NCBI GenBank assembly: GCA_030390025.1 | Contig: CM059432.1 | Location: forward strand, 63,242,001-63,306,000 | Direction of reading: 5' to 3' | DNA: 64,000 bases | Source of the DNA: Squalus acanthias | Taxonomy: Eukaryota | In this document: one piece after another, positions 25,050 through 38,325 of the stretch | Layout: each line of letters begins with the position of its first letter | Numbering within the stretch: the stretch's first letter is position 1 | Program-made: the position numbers and the translations under genes | Notes under the pieces: generated by a model | What the model saw: only the letters and a program-made list of their open reading frames with translations | Database searches by the model: none | Told to the model about the DNA's origin: nothing

Positions 25050-25400
25050 GAGATGGAAGTGTGCGGATCGAGTTAAATGATATCAAGGGGAAGAAACTAA
25101 TGATTAGAATTTTTTATAGGACATCAGGCCAAGAAGAGACATTGAGGTAGATTTTCAGCTTGTTGGTTGGACATTAAAGTGGCGTTGTTGATCGGCCATC
25201 CATTATAGAAACCGCCCGATCCATTGGCAGTTTCTACAACACCATTATACCAAAACCTTTATATCCAAATTAGATTATGTAGTGGATTGAACAATAATGA
25301 AATCAGGGATAAATTGGGAGGATTATAATAGGAGTGACAGAGAAAATATAGCGATGATTTTCCTGAGTTTACCTAAAGAGCACTGCAGCAGAATTTCCTG
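25050..25400 (+). mobile_element. Very old CR1 endonuclease-domain remnant
   Basis: Translation resembling SVRIELNDIKGKKLMIRIFYRT and GINWEDY aligns loosely with ESIWLEL..LLGVFYRPP and NIDWD of the 60-kb CR1. Confidence 0.35.
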
Positions 25401-25904
25401 TATGACTTTCCAGGTGGTTGAACCTGATTGCACCGGGGGAGGGTACAGCAATGTAAATTGCATGCAAATGATTGTCAGAGACTTTGCACTTAGGTTTCTT
25501 GCTCTGGCACCAGGAGCAATTAAAAAATTAAAATATTATTGTGTTGCCCGCATCAGGTGTTTTTTTTATTATTCATTGGTGCAGTTCTGACAGTGTCTAA
25601 CTGCAAAGCAACATAAATGGTATATATCTGGTGGGACGGGGCTGCCAGTTCCTAGCTGAATGTGGCTTTTTTTAATATGTAATTTGGATCGTTAATCATA
25701 TGCGTTGTGAAAGTGGTCATTATTGATTAAAATCTGCCCATTTACACCTTATTAAAATCCAAGTAGTATATCGCAAAGATCACTGGGATTATGGACTGTG
25801 TAAACAACCGAAGACTAAAAGCCTCTGGTTACCGTGTTGCTCGTACAACCCAATGGGAAGGGTGGAGTCACTATCCCATCTAATGAACTAACCAGGCAGT
25901 AATA

Positions 25905-27235
25905 CAATAGCAAAATACTGCGGATGCTGGAAATCTGAAATAACAACAGAAAATGCTGGAAACACTCAGCAGGCCAGGCAGCATCCGTGGAGAGAGAAAC
26001 AGAGTTAACGTTTTATCTCTGTGATCTTCGTCAGAACTGGAAAAAGTTAGAGAAGTAACAGGTTATAAGCAAGTGCAGGAAAAGCAGGGAGGGGTGGGGG
26101 GGAGACGGGAGGAAGGAACTAAAGGGACAGTCTGTGCTAGGATTGAAGGCAGGAGAGATTAAATGTTGCAAATGGGGTGGCAGAATCATCAACAGCTGCT
26201 GCCTGAAAAAAATGGGGGGGTTTATAGTCTGAAATTGTTGAACTCGATGTTGAGTCCAGAAGGCTGTAAAGTGCCTAATCTAAAGATGAGGTGCTGTTCC
26301 TCGAGCTTACGTTGAACTTCATTGGAACAATGTAAGAGGCCGAGGACAGAGAGGTCAGATAGGGAGTGGAGCAGAGAATTAAAGTGACAGGCGACCGGAA
26401 ACTCGGGGTCACCCTTACGGACTGAACGGAGGTGTTCCGCAAAGCGGTCACCCAATCTGCGTTTGGTCTCCCCAATGTAGTGGGGACCGCATCGTGAGCA
26501 GTGAGTACAGTATACTAAATTGCAAGAAGTACAAGTAAATTGCTGTTTCACCTGGAAGGGGCATTTGGGGCCCTGGACAGTGGGATGGGAGGAGGTAAAA
26601 CGGCAGGTGTTGCATCTCCTGCACTTGCACGGGAAGGTGCCGTGGGGAGGGGAGGGGCTGTTGGGGGTGATTGAGGAGTGGACCAGGGTGTTGCAGAGGG
26701 AGCGGTCCCTTCGGAATGCTGAAAGGGGAGGGGAGGGGAAGATGCGTTTGGTGGTGGGATCACGCTGAAGGTGGCGGAAATGGTGGAGGATGATCCGTTG
26801 AATGTGGAGGTTGGTGGGGTGAAAGATGAGGACAAGGGGAACCCTATCGTGGTTCTGGGAGGGAGAAGGGGTGAGAGCAGAAGTGCGGGAAATGGAACGG
26901 ACACGGCCGAGGGCCACGTCAACCATGGTAGAGGGGAATCCTCGGTTGAGGAAAAAGCAAGACATATTGGAAGCACTGGTATGGAAGGTGGCATCGTCAG
27001 AACAGATGTGGCGGAGACGGAGAAACTGGGAGAATGGAATAGAGTTCTTACAGGAAGCGGGGTGGGAGGAAGTGTAGTCCAGGTAGCTGTGGGACTCAGT
27101 GGGCTTATAGTGGATGTTTGTCGATAGCCAATCACCAGAAATGGAGACAGAGAAGTCAAGGAAGGGAAGAGAAGAGTCAGAGATGGACCATGTGAAGGTG
27201 AGGGAAGGGTGGAAATTGGAAGCAAAGTCAATGAA
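25905..27235 (-). mobile_element. Penelope-like retroelement family 2, 5'-truncated
   Basis: ORF 26222-26965 has PCKCRRCNTC, LVYCTHC..HYIGETKRRLGDRFAEH and LQPSGLNIEFNNFR. 3' pLTR at 25905-26040; homologous to 57335-58875. Confidence 0.9.
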
Positions 27236-28239
27236 AGATATAAAAGCAGTCCTTAAGGTGAATGAGCGCTCTATAAGTTGAATCTCTGCTTATTTCTACC
27301 CATCGGTTCAACCTTTAAACATCAATTTAAACACATCTGGGCCGAGTAGCATCACATCACAATGGGTTATTACTTTTGCCATTGGCGCTGCTGTTCCCGA
27401 TCCAGTGCTATCCTCGCTGCGATGTATTCTAATTATTTTTCCAGCAATTTGTGGCGTGAATTCACCACTGGAGGATCGGGGAGCACAGCGGCCTAACATG
27501 ACGTTCATCACTAATATCACCAATATCGCCATTGCAGCGAATTCTGATGGTCCCACTGGCTAAGAGAGGGCAGTATAGACCCAGAGGTTCCTGGAAACTT
27601 GTGTCATTGGAATGACGTTGGGTTCTACAACGTTGGGTTCATTTTACATCGTAACAGTCCCAAGAATTTAAGATGCAAATGAGTTACGCCATTATTTACA
27701 ACGCGCCATAAATTCCTGGGACATTTCCAACAATACCTTTGCTGAAATTATGCAAAATTGATTATTGTAGTTCCACCACCCAGTTAAGTCAATACCTATC
27801 ACAAATTTCCTGTATTTATATCAGTTTTCTTGTCACAGCCACTTAGACTAAAAAACAATAACACAATAATTCATGAGTTCAAAATAATGATTAAAAATAA
27901 AATCTCTGCTCTTTCGTGCTATTTTTAATTCTTAGCTAAAACCCATCAAACCACTTTTTCTTTGTTATTATGTGTTAGGTTTCGTGTATATTGTGTGCAT
28001 GGTGTACGGCACTGAAGTGCCTGCACATGCCATTGATTAAAGTGATAGTGGGGGGGAGAATTTGTTTTGACTCATTTTCGGGCCTGAAATGGTTGACGTG
28101 CTCACAGTATGCACTGGAAGCTAGAAGCCCAAGCTTGTTGAAAATTGGACCTTGGACCTCATCTGAATGATTCTAGGGAGCTGTGGGCAACTGTCGGGTC
28201 TCCTGTGGCTGTTCACTGGTTTACTTGGTACCAATTTGG

Positions 28240-28555
28240 GCCAGCTCTGCATTGTGGGAGGTGCTGCCTTTCAGATGAGACACTAAACGGAGGCCCTGTC
28301 TGAAATCTCAGGTGGACATTTAAAGTCCCTCGTCGCTATTCAAAGAAGAGCTGGGGAGATCTCCTGGTGTCCTGGCCAATATTTAGCGCTCAACCAACAC
28401 CTAAACAGATGATCTGGTCATTTATTCATTGCTGTTAGTGGGAACATGCTGTGCACAAACTGGCTGCGCATTTCCCTGCATTACAACAGTGACTACATTT
28501 CAAAAGTACTTCTTTGGCTGTGGAGTGCTCTAAAAATGTAAGTTCCTTCTTTCTT
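28240..28555 (+). mobile_element. Deu-domain SINE, older copy
   Basis: Colinear with 10920-11250 (GGAGGTGCTGCCTTTCAGATGAGAC...TTACAACAGTGACTACATTTCAAAAGTACTTC). Confidence 0.8.
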
Positions 28556-28818
28556 ATCTAACACAGCCACTTATAAACCTGGTTTTCAAAATTAAATGGT
28601 AAGTTCAGTGCTATTCTGGTGCAAGCTCCTGGAAATTATGAGGACATCCAAATTACATCATCAGGGGCTTATTTAAATGCTGCAAGTGGGAAATTGAAAG
28701 GTGCTACTTGCTGGACCAGGAAGTTAAGTGGGGCGATAAATTATGCCAATTTATTGGGCATAATTGATCGTAAATATACTATACTGAGTTGATTAAAATA
28801 CAAGGCAGAAGTCTCTAG

Positions 28819-29731
28819 GGGAGATTTTCTAGTCACTAAAGCCTGTGTCACGGGAGTGGAATGATTGCTGGGGGACCAAAAAGTTTGTGGCATTTTAGTG
28901 CTTGACAGCAATTTTCCAGCACGGCTTTAGACCAGCCTAAAGTGGTCTCGCCAAAAAGGAGCCGTAGCTTCAGTTAACTATTAAAGCACATTTAAATAAA
29001 GCTAGCTTGATTTTCCATATGCTCGGTTAAGATTGGGCTGGACACTCACTTTGCACAGGAATGGGCATAAGGGAAGCTTCTTGACTGACAGTGCTCTTAA
29101 AGAGTCTAAAGGCTTTTTAGTTTTTTTACATCGCAGCTTTACAGTTCAGTTTTACAACTGGTTTCTGTTGTTACGGTTTTTTGGCATTTCTATGAAATAT
29201 TTATGGATAAAATTTTTTGTGTTTTCTCTTAATGGCCCTGAAAATACGCAGCCATTCCGGAATACTCTCCTAGTAACCTTGGCAGGGGGACGTCAGAATG
29301 GCCATAAACTAGGCCAGAACCTGGATGTGCTGGGTCCCACTTAGAGGCAAAGTTTCCTCAATGGCCTATTGAGGGGGAGCCTCTGCCTGCGAAAGCAGAG
29401 CCATTGTTGTAAGTCAGGGGAAGGGGGCAACAGGGCAGGGACACCCTGAATGTTGGTGTTCTCATACCTAGCACCTTCAGTGGGACCCAGCGATGGTCAG
29501 TGGACGTATGCCTGGCCAGACCAGGTGTACTTCCACAACCGGAGCATAATTGGGGCCCACCTGGTGGTCCAAGCTGGGATCAAGGCCTGGACTTTTTGTC
29601 ATTTTATTAGGGCTGCTGAGGGCAACTCCGTGGTATTTCCGGGTGGAGCCCAAGAACCTCCCACTGCAACAGGCACCTACACTAGACTTTGCAGCTCTAT
29701 TTTATATGGTGGCCACCTGAAATTCAACCCC
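28819..29731. mobile_element. Probable Harbinger-type MITE
   Basis: Imperfect TIR GGGAGATTTT / AAATTCAACCCC, flanked by TAG on both sides. Confidence 0.5.
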
Positions 29732-31189
29732 TAGTAGTTTAGCCGCCAGCCATTTGAAGTCTATTTATGGAATTTCTCCTGATCACAGAAAGTTTGCCAG
29801 GGTCAGCAGCAGAGGTTCCTAGTGGGCACAATCCTGGTTTCAGTGCGGCATCGCTCGTCTGCGTTTTTTGGGACCGTGATGTTTACGTGGAGCTTAAAAT
29901 ATTGAAATATTGGCTGCTAAATCACCATACTGGTGACTGTTATTGAAGCATCTCCAAGACTTTAGCAAAAAAGCAAAAGCTTAAAAAAGGAGGGGCGATA
30001 AAACAAAAGCTCTTACAAAGAAACTTTCACAGGAACTCCAGGAGCAACAAGGTATCTTGTACAGCATTGGTGTTGCATTGAAGTGGCACTGAAGCTGACG
30101 TATAAACAGAGATTGCCAACCAGCAATCCCAGAGCAGGTCATACTGGTATAGTCAAAGTGGAACCGTCAGGTGCTGTTGGTCTTGCACTTCAATTGCTGA
30201 TCCCAGTAAACGCGGTCTTCTGTTTCTTACTCAGAGCTCTGTAAGTTCTCATCCACTGCAGTGTTTCCAGCTGTTAGTCAATTTCTCGGCCCTATGACAC
30301 TTTAAAGAATATAAAGGTTTTGCTTTAGGTGCCTGTACTCCAAGTGTCCTGATGTCATCATGCATACATCATAACATTGAAATGTGTACAGTTTTCAAAC
30401 TGATTTCAAACTGGAAGTCAAAATCAGGCTTTGGGAGAGCCAGTGTACATTGGACTTCAGTGAAGAGTCTTATAGTGGTTGCTAAGTCAAGTTAAAATTA
30501 ATGGTGGTGGTATTATTTCATGGTTGAAGTGGGAAAGAAAACATGTTAGAAAGAAATGAAAAGTTAGGGCTTCTTTCACTCGAGTTGAGAATGTTAAGAA
30601 GTGACCAATGCAGGTTAAGGAATGCCCAAAGCATGTCATAGAAATCAACAGGCACCAGAACCAAACTCTCACACCCACCATTATATCATCAACCATATCT
30701 GCAGATCGTGGCACACCTAGCTGACAATGGCCAGGGAAACTGACTCTACAGATTCTGGTTCAGCAAGAACCAGTTGTAGATCTGTACCATCTGCTGTAAG
30801 GACACCTACAGCCAAACTGCACAAATGGATAGCACAGCCAATGGCTGTGAAGGTCAACTCCTCTCAATTTCTTTTTCCCTGCTTCCTTCCAGGCTAGCAT
30901 ATGGATAATAGGATCATGTAATGTTACAGTACAGAAACAGACTATTCGGTCCATCGGGTCTGCACTGGTGTTTTCCTCCACATCAGTCACTCAGTCTACT
31001 ACCATCTCTTCCAATATTATTTTATTCAAACAATTATCTAATTCCCTTTAAAAGAATTCATGGACTTTGCTTGAAACAATGATTTGTGACAGAGAAGGCT
31101 GCATTCTAACTACTCTCTCTTTAAGTAGTTTTTTATAACCTCCCCTTTAATTCTGTGATTATCTTAGAAGTATACTAAGAATAAAACTG

Positions 31190-33342
31190 GGCGGACCACC
31201 TGGCATCGACCTAGGCACCAGACACGACAAAGGCACACCCAGCCCAGCCGGCCCTCTAAAGTTCTCCTCATGAACATTTAGGGACTTGTGCCAAAATTGG
31301 GAGAGCTGTCCCACAGACTAGTCAAGCAACAGCCTGACATAATCATACTCACAGAATCATACCTTTCTGCCAACGTCCCAAACTCCTCTATCACCATCCC
31401 TGGGTATGTCCTGTCCCACCGGCAGTACAGATGCACCGGGGTGGCGGAATAGTGGTATACAGTCCTCAACATTGACTCCAGATCCCATGAAGTCTCGTGG
31501 CATCAGGTTAAACATGGGCAAGAAAACCTCTTGCTGATTATCGCCTACCGCCCTCCCTCAGCTGATGAATCAGTACTCCTCCATGTTGAACATCACTTGG
31601 AAGAAGCACTGAGGGTAGCAAGGGCACAGAACGTACTCTGGGTGGGGGACTTCTATGTTCATCACCAAGAGTGGCTCGGTAGCACCACTACTGACCGAGC
31701 TGGCCGAGTCCTGAAGGGCATAGCTGCCAGACTGGGGCTGCAGCAAGTGGTGAGAGAACCAACGTGAGGGAAAAGCCTACTTGACCTCGTCCTCACCAAT
31801 CTACCATGTGACATTATTGGTAGGAGTGACCACCACACAGTCCTTGTGGAGACGAAGTCCCATCTTCACACGAAGGGCACTCTTCATCGTGTTGTGTGAC
31901 ACTACCACCATGCTAAATGGGATAGATTCAGAACAGATCTAGCAGCTCAAAACTGGGCATCCATGAGGCATTGTGGGCCATCAGCAGCAGCAGAATTGTA
32001 TTCCACCACAATCTGTAACCTCATGACCCGGCATATCCCTCACTCTACCATTACCATCAAGCCAGGGGAACAACCCTGGTTCAGTGAGGAGTTTAGAAGA
32101 GCATGCCAGTAGCAGCACCAGGCGTACCTAAAAATGAGGTGCCGACCTGGGGAAGCTGCAACACAGGTGGACAACTAAACAACTAACGGAAGGAGAAGGA
32201 GGCTCCATGAACATCTCCATTCTCAATGATGGCGGAGCCCAGCACGTGAGTGGAATACCATCTTCAGCCAGAAATGCCAAGTGGATAATCCATCTCGGCC
32301 ACCTCCTGAGGTTCCTACCATCCCAGAAGCCAGTCTTCAGCCAATCAAGAAACGGCTGAGCACACTGGATACAGAAAGGACTATGGGCCCCGACAACAAC
32401 CCAGCTTTCATGCTGAAGACTTGTGCTCCAGAACTAGCCACGCCTCTAGCCAAGCTGTTCCAGTACAGTGACAACACTGGCATCTACCCGACAATGTGGA
32501 AAACTGCGCAGGTATGTCCTGTCCACAAAAAGCAGGACAAATCCAATCAGACCAATTACCACCTCATCAGTTTACTCTCAATCATCGGCAAAGTGATGGA
32601 AGGTGTCATTGACAGTGCTATCAAGCGACACTTACTCACCAACAACCTGCTCACCAATGCTCAGTTTGGGTTCCGCCAGGACCACGCGGCTCCAGACCTC
32701 ATTACAGCCTTGGTCCAAACATGAACAAAAGAGCTGAATTCCAGAGGTGAGGTGAGAGTGACTGCCCCTGATATGAAGGCAGCATTTGACTGAGTGTGGC
32801 ATCAAAGAGCCCTAGTAAAATCGAAGTCAATGGGAATCAGGGGGGAAATTCTCCACTGGCTGGCGTCATACCTAGCACAAAGGAAGGTGGTTATGGTTGT
32901 TGGAGGCCAGTCATCTCAGCCCCAGGGCATCGCTGCAGGAGTTCCTCAGGGCAGTGTCCTAGGTCCAACCATCTTCAGTTGCTTCATCAATGACCTACCC
33001 TCCAACTTCAGGTCAGAAGTGAGGATGTTCGCTGATGATTGCACAGTGTTCAGTTTTGTTCGCAACTCCTCAGATAATGAAGCAGTCCATGCCCACATGC
33101 AGCAAGACCTGGACGACAGTCAAGATTGGGCTGATAAGTGGCAGGTAACATTTACCCCACACATGTGCCAGGCAATGAGTATCTCCAACAAGTGAGAGTC
33201 TAACCACCGCCCCTTGATATTCAACGGCATTACCATCGTGGAATTCGCCACCATCAACATCCTGGGAGTCACCATTGACCAGAAACTTAACTGGACCAGC
33301 CACATAAATACTGTGGCTACAAGAGCAGGTCAGAGGCTGGGT
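31190..33342 (+). mobile_element. Second CR1/L2-group LINE family: APE endonuclease + RT, decayed and 3'-truncated
   Basis: [38 protein letters not shown] and MFADD motifs. Confidence 0.88.
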
Positions 33343-33613
33343 AAAACAAAAATCTCTTGTTACCATATTGCTGACCAGTAGAAACAATCACTCACTATTT
33401 TCCTTATCCTTACCCTTCATAATCTTGAAGACTTCTATTGGTCACTCTTTAACATTCTTAACTTTAATGAAAAAGCCCTAACTTCTTATTTCTTTCTTCA
33501 TAATTGTAACCCCCAAATTTGTGGCAATGCCTCAGTGAATCTACATCCTACCTTTCAGTAATGGGGTCCCAAAACTGCCCACAGTACTCCAACTGTGGCC
33601 TATTTAAGGTCTT

Positions 33614-33880
33614 ACATAAGAACATAAGAACATAAGAAATAGGAGCAGGAGTAGGCCAATCGGCCCCTCGAGCCCGCTCCGCCATTCAATAAGATCATGG
33701 CTGATCTGATCCTAACCGCCAATCTACTATCTATCACAGAACCATCTCCTGCATCTAACAGAATTGCACACACGAAATAGGAGCAGAATCAGGCTACACA
33801 GTCCCTGGGCCCGCTCCACTACCCACAGGGCCATGACCGATCCGAACCTAGACTCATGTCCAAATTCCTGCCCGCTCCCC
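33614..33880 (-). mobile_element. Dimeric CR1-tail short retroelement, 267 bp, complete insertion
   Basis: TSD GTCTT at 33609-33613 and 33881-33885. I saw one substitution versus 1-230 outside the tail repeats. Confidence 0.85.
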
Positions 33881-34010
33881 GTCTTGTACAACTTTAACAT
33901 TATTTCCTTATTTTAATCCACTAGATTGAAAAATCAAGTATTCTGTTTGCCTTACTATAGCTTTATCTACTTGTACTGCCATCTTTAAAGAACTTGTGTC
34001 TCTACACTAT

Positions 34011-34791
34011 GACCCATAATTTGTGGTCAGCGGCGAAGCAAGGGCGCTTGCCGTTGGCCCCCAAGAAAGCTGCCCGCAGATATCTCGCGATCTCTCTGGC
34101 GAGGCGTTTGCCTTTTCCGATGTGTAATTGATTGCAGCGCTGTGAATTGGGGATTCCTAGCAAAGAGCTGCAATGACTTCTACAAGCTGTCTGAGCAGCC
34201 AATCACAATGAAGAATTCTCACAGACAGCAAACCAGGAAATGAGAAGCTGCTTTTATTAGGACTTTAAAAAAATGTTACAGAGAGCAAAATAAAGATTGG
34301 GACTTTCACACGGGGATAAGGTAAAAGCTGAAATATCATCAACAAACTTTAAATAAAAGTAAAACTTTTTGAAAAGTTGAAATTTTTATCATAATGGAGA
34401 AATTTGACATTCCACAAATATAAAAATTAGTTTTTCAGGGCCAGAAAGGTTGTTTAGCAATCAATACACTTAAAACCCCAGTTACATCTATTCCAACAAG
34501 GCTTAAGATTTAATGGGATATTTAACAGCAATATTAACGCGGAAAAGTCCAATTTTTTGTCAGTTTCACTGATTTCGCTGATTGGACTGATTGCTGGCTA
34601 TTGGGGGGGGGGGGGGGGCGGGGGGCTCCACAGCGCAGCCTGTGTCAGAGCAGTGAATGACTGATCGCAAGGTCAGGATTTCTGCGTTTAGATGCGCATG
34701 CGCTAAATCCTGAAGTTGCGGTCAGTTTCAGAGGGGTAATGACGACGAACGCTGACAGTTCGCCGTTATTACCCACCGCAAATTCCGGGCC
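34011..34791. mobile_element. Harbinger-type MITE related to the hairpin family
   Basis: GACCCATAATTTG / CAAATTCCGGGCC ends with TAT/AAT flanks. AT-rich core and a subterminal ATGCGCATGCGC palindrome. Confidence 0.65.
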
Positions 34792-34949
34792 AATGTTCCT
34801 TCTGCTGCTCTACTCCATTTAAAAATCTTAACAGTTAAGGTGACTTTCCTATATCTGTGTGAGAAGGCTGAGTATTGAGTTTGCTACTCGTTGCTTGACC
34901 CAGTAGTTGAATAGATTCAAACTAGTGGGCTACAACTCTCACCATGCAC

Positions 34950-35087
34950 CTGTTCTGACAAAAAGTCATCAACCTGAAACGTTAACTCTGTTTCTCTCTC
35001 CACAGATGCTGCCTGACCTGCTGAGTATTTCCAGCATTTTCTGTTTTTATTTCAGATTTCTAGCATCTGCTGTATTTTGCTTTTGTA
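34950..35087 (+). mobile_element. Family-2 PLE solo pLTR
   Basis: CTGACAAAAAGTCATCAACCTGAAACGTTAACTCTG...TATTTTGCTTTTG matches 58741-58875. Confidence 0.85.
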
Positions 35088-37399
35088 CGCAACTGTGTTC
35101 GCCTGATCGTAACTTTGGCAGAAGATTGGAGGAAACCCAAGAGAAATGAGAGATAGCCTTCACTATATGTACAACAGCCTAAACAGAGGAACAGTAAAGA
35201 GCTTCTACACCACTGAAAACCTTCTCCTCACTTGCAACAGTGTAACATCTGATTCACTGTGAGTACATCACAGGAGGTCTGCTAATAGCTTCAAAAAGGG
35301 GATTACAACAGAATGGAATCATGGACTCTACAGATTTACCAAAGTAACCTAAAATAACTGTTAGATAATTAAATTGTAAAAGAAACAGTAAATTAAGTTA
35401 CTAACTGTAAACCAATTATTCTTCTAAGTAAGAAAATAGGAGTCAGTAGAACATTATTTTTAATTACTAATTGTTCATAGTTTTGAAGTGATTGCAATTT
35501 ATTCCCAAGAAAAAAAACTTCCTTTTGACTAATGGCTAAATTGAACGTTTTCATGGTTTTCACAAATATTTTACAGATGGATTCAAAAGATCTCTTACAA
35601 ATTTGTCAAATATGGATCTCATAAGGTTTTACATTTGGAACAAATTAGCTTTTTCTAAGCCCTTTTCACTCTGCAAAGCATATTATACACTTTCTGTGAA
35701 TAGATCAAAGATGTTATATTTTCATCTGCCCATTTGGTTGCATGTTATAGATGTTTTTTTAATATGATGCCAGGATTTGAAGCTTTCAGGCTTAGAAGCA
35801 GCACTCTTAAATTTAAGCTGTGGTATCACTCAAACGGCAAATGCTTGACTGTAGGTAGGCTGGAAGGGGGGTGGGAATACAATTCTTTCCTGAATACCCC
35901 CCACTATGTTTTTTCCCATATTACTGAAGAATTATTAAGCTGGCTTCTCCTCCAGGAATCTGCCAATTTATAGGTGATCCCAGAGGAAAATGAGGTGAGA
36001 AGGCCCACCATCAAATCCCCACCCCTAAAACTGTCCACAAACAATTTATCTTTCCCCTCCACCATTGATGTCTGCCGCAGTGCCCGTTGCCCAACCCATT
36101 GCATGTAAATAATGTTCGGGTGGTGGAGCTTGGGATTCTGCCCAATTTCTCTTCATTTCTGCCCCTAAGCCACCAATGGAGGGGAAGGCCAGGAGAAAGG
36201 AGACAATAAGAAGTTATTGGCAGTGGAAAGCAAGAAGAATCTTTTTCATGAATGAAAGGTACGTGATCTAGCCACTTCTCGAGCTCCTAATCCCTCCAAC
36301 TGCTGGCTTTTCTGCTGCTGAGCTCATTCAGCATCAATTGTAAATATTGACCTGCACATTTTGGGGGCTCCTGTCCCCTTTAAATCTAGCCCTACCCAGT
36401 TCAGGTGCTGCAGCAAGTGCCCTGCATATGCAATTGATCCCGACCCAGGAAAATGGCATTGCGTCACTACAGGACCGGAATGTTGGGCGGAAGTTTTTCT
36501 CCAACTCAATTCCAGTAATGACATTGCCCTTAAGGAAAAATCCTCCCCTCTGTCAAGTGATTGGTTGGGCTTCTAGTGAAGTACATTTACGTGTCTATGA
36601 AAAGCACTCTGCTAACCTTTTACTGTGCAGTTGTATTGGTACAGTACAGTATTTACCCTTCTGAACATTTTATGGATTCCTGCCTCACTTTACCCCTGCT
36701 GTTTTTGTCCCTACATTCATACACCTCTTCCCCCATTGTAGCAAAAGATTGTTTTACTATATCTGTGTGGAAGGGGGTGAATTTATATTGGAAAATTAAA
36801 AGCAATAATATCAATTTTATATTTAGTATTAGCACTGCCAACTTTACTTTTATTCTGGTCCTTTTAAAATATATGTCCATTTACTTGTGCATTCTTGGAT
36901 TAAGTAATAAAGTATTTATGGACAAATTATGCCACAAAGGGCCAGCAATTTCCATTGAAAATAATCAAAGTTCCTGAAACTCTCCTGAGTACATGAGTTA
37001 TTTAAGCTTCTTCTGCCCAAATCTCCCACTTAATTCCAATATACATGTGAAACAATTTAACTCTACTTCCTGAGCTGTTTCTGCTACAAAACATCTGAAC
37101 CCACTACCAGCACCTCAAACACTATCTGCAGGGTCATAGATGCGTCAGACATGAAGCATAATTAAAACCTTGGCTCTAAACAAGACTTGGTTGCACTTGT
37201 GCTTCAAAGTCTTTCAAAAGAAATGTAACTATTGAAAATATATTTTCAGGGCTTAAGGACCTGGATTACACAAGCTGGTCCTATGTCACAATTCTTAGTA
37301 AACCGTTTTAAATATTTTAAAGTCATCAAAACCAGGATTGTTCAATAATGAAAACTAATTATTTTAAACTTTGAGATGGGAGATTTTATAGCACATTTG

Positions 37400-37698
37400 C
37401 AGCTGTCAAGTAATGAGATGATCCTATGGTGATACAACTCCCGACCTCCTTACCTGACATGATCCCCGAGCAGCGTGGATCCCGTGGGCGACCTCGTAAA
37501 ATGGTAAGGTGAGCTCAAAATACTGTTTAATGGGCTGTTAACAAGGTCATAATGACCTGAATTGCCTCCCTTGCCACTGCGTGTCGGGTCTGTTCAGCCC
37601 TAACAGACCCGACATTTGGGAAAGTCCCGCGGGTTGACAGCGGGTTCCTGACCTGACCCGCCACTGATCGCGCCTGCTGACCCCCCGAAAAATTCCCC
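37400..37698 (+). mobile_element. Harbinger right-end fragment
   Basis: 37510-37698 is colinear with 53030-53252 and ends GAAAAATTCCCC-ATT. Confidence 0.7.
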
Positions 37699-37934
37699 AT
37701 TATTCATTATTCAGAGTTAAAAAGAACAGCAAATCCTTGTTGCTGTTTATAATACATTTGATTCCAAGCATTAGATAATGGTTGCATCCCAGAAATTATA
37801 ACTGGAAAAAAAATGCTAATAACAAGTGCACTTCTAAGAAGTTGCATTCTGTCTCAGGATATTTTATATAGCTGAATAGCTAAAGGTTAACCCAGAAAAA
37901 GAAATACAGCACATAAAAGAACACTTGGGCAATT

Positions 37935-38325
37935 CTGCTCAGTTCTGTGAGTTAGAACACTGTCCTTTCACCTCTGGGACACTGGCTTGAATCAGCTTCA
38001 GCCAACTCCTCGCTCTAATCATTGCAACACGCTCTGCAAACTCCTCTGTTTGATTGCTGCATTAGGCTCAGTCAGTCTTTTCCCTCTGATGATTGCTACA
38101 GATCCTAAATAAAGATTATTTGGTCAATCTCAACCGCAATCTGAGTGGAGATGATTCCCCCACACCAAGTATTCAAAACTCACCACTAATTGGGCAATCC
38201 ACCTTACAGAGGCCGTAATCATTGGCAATGTCACGTCACTGCAGGAGGGGGTGCTTTTCTGAGTTTAGGATTTTAAAAAGTCCTGCTTCATAAAGCCTGT
38301 GCTATATGCAGCCAGACACTGAATA
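37935..38325 (+). mobile_element. Old tRNA-derived SINE, LF-SINE-like
   Basis: GCTCAG..CCTTTCACCTCTGGGACACTGGCTTGAATC head, then CACTAATTGG and GAGGCC blocks in the order I recall for LF-SINE; diverged. Confidence 0.4.

Larger units (their letters stand above)
30910..33990 (-). mobile_element. Old CR1 3' fragment interrupted by two younger insertions
   Basis: CR1-like tail at 30910-31170 and ORF2-like sequence at 33345-33990 (CCCACAGTACTCCAACTGTGGCC corresponds to RPQLEYC on the minus strand). Confidence 0.6.

Noticed and set aside
27260..28760. Further MITE-like ends near 27720 and 28049
   Set aside because: I could not pair TIRs or find TSDs with confidence.
30030..30245. About 70-codon open + frame after a TTCACAG acceptor-like site
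   Set aside because: The translation matches nothing I recognise, so I cannot support it as an exon.
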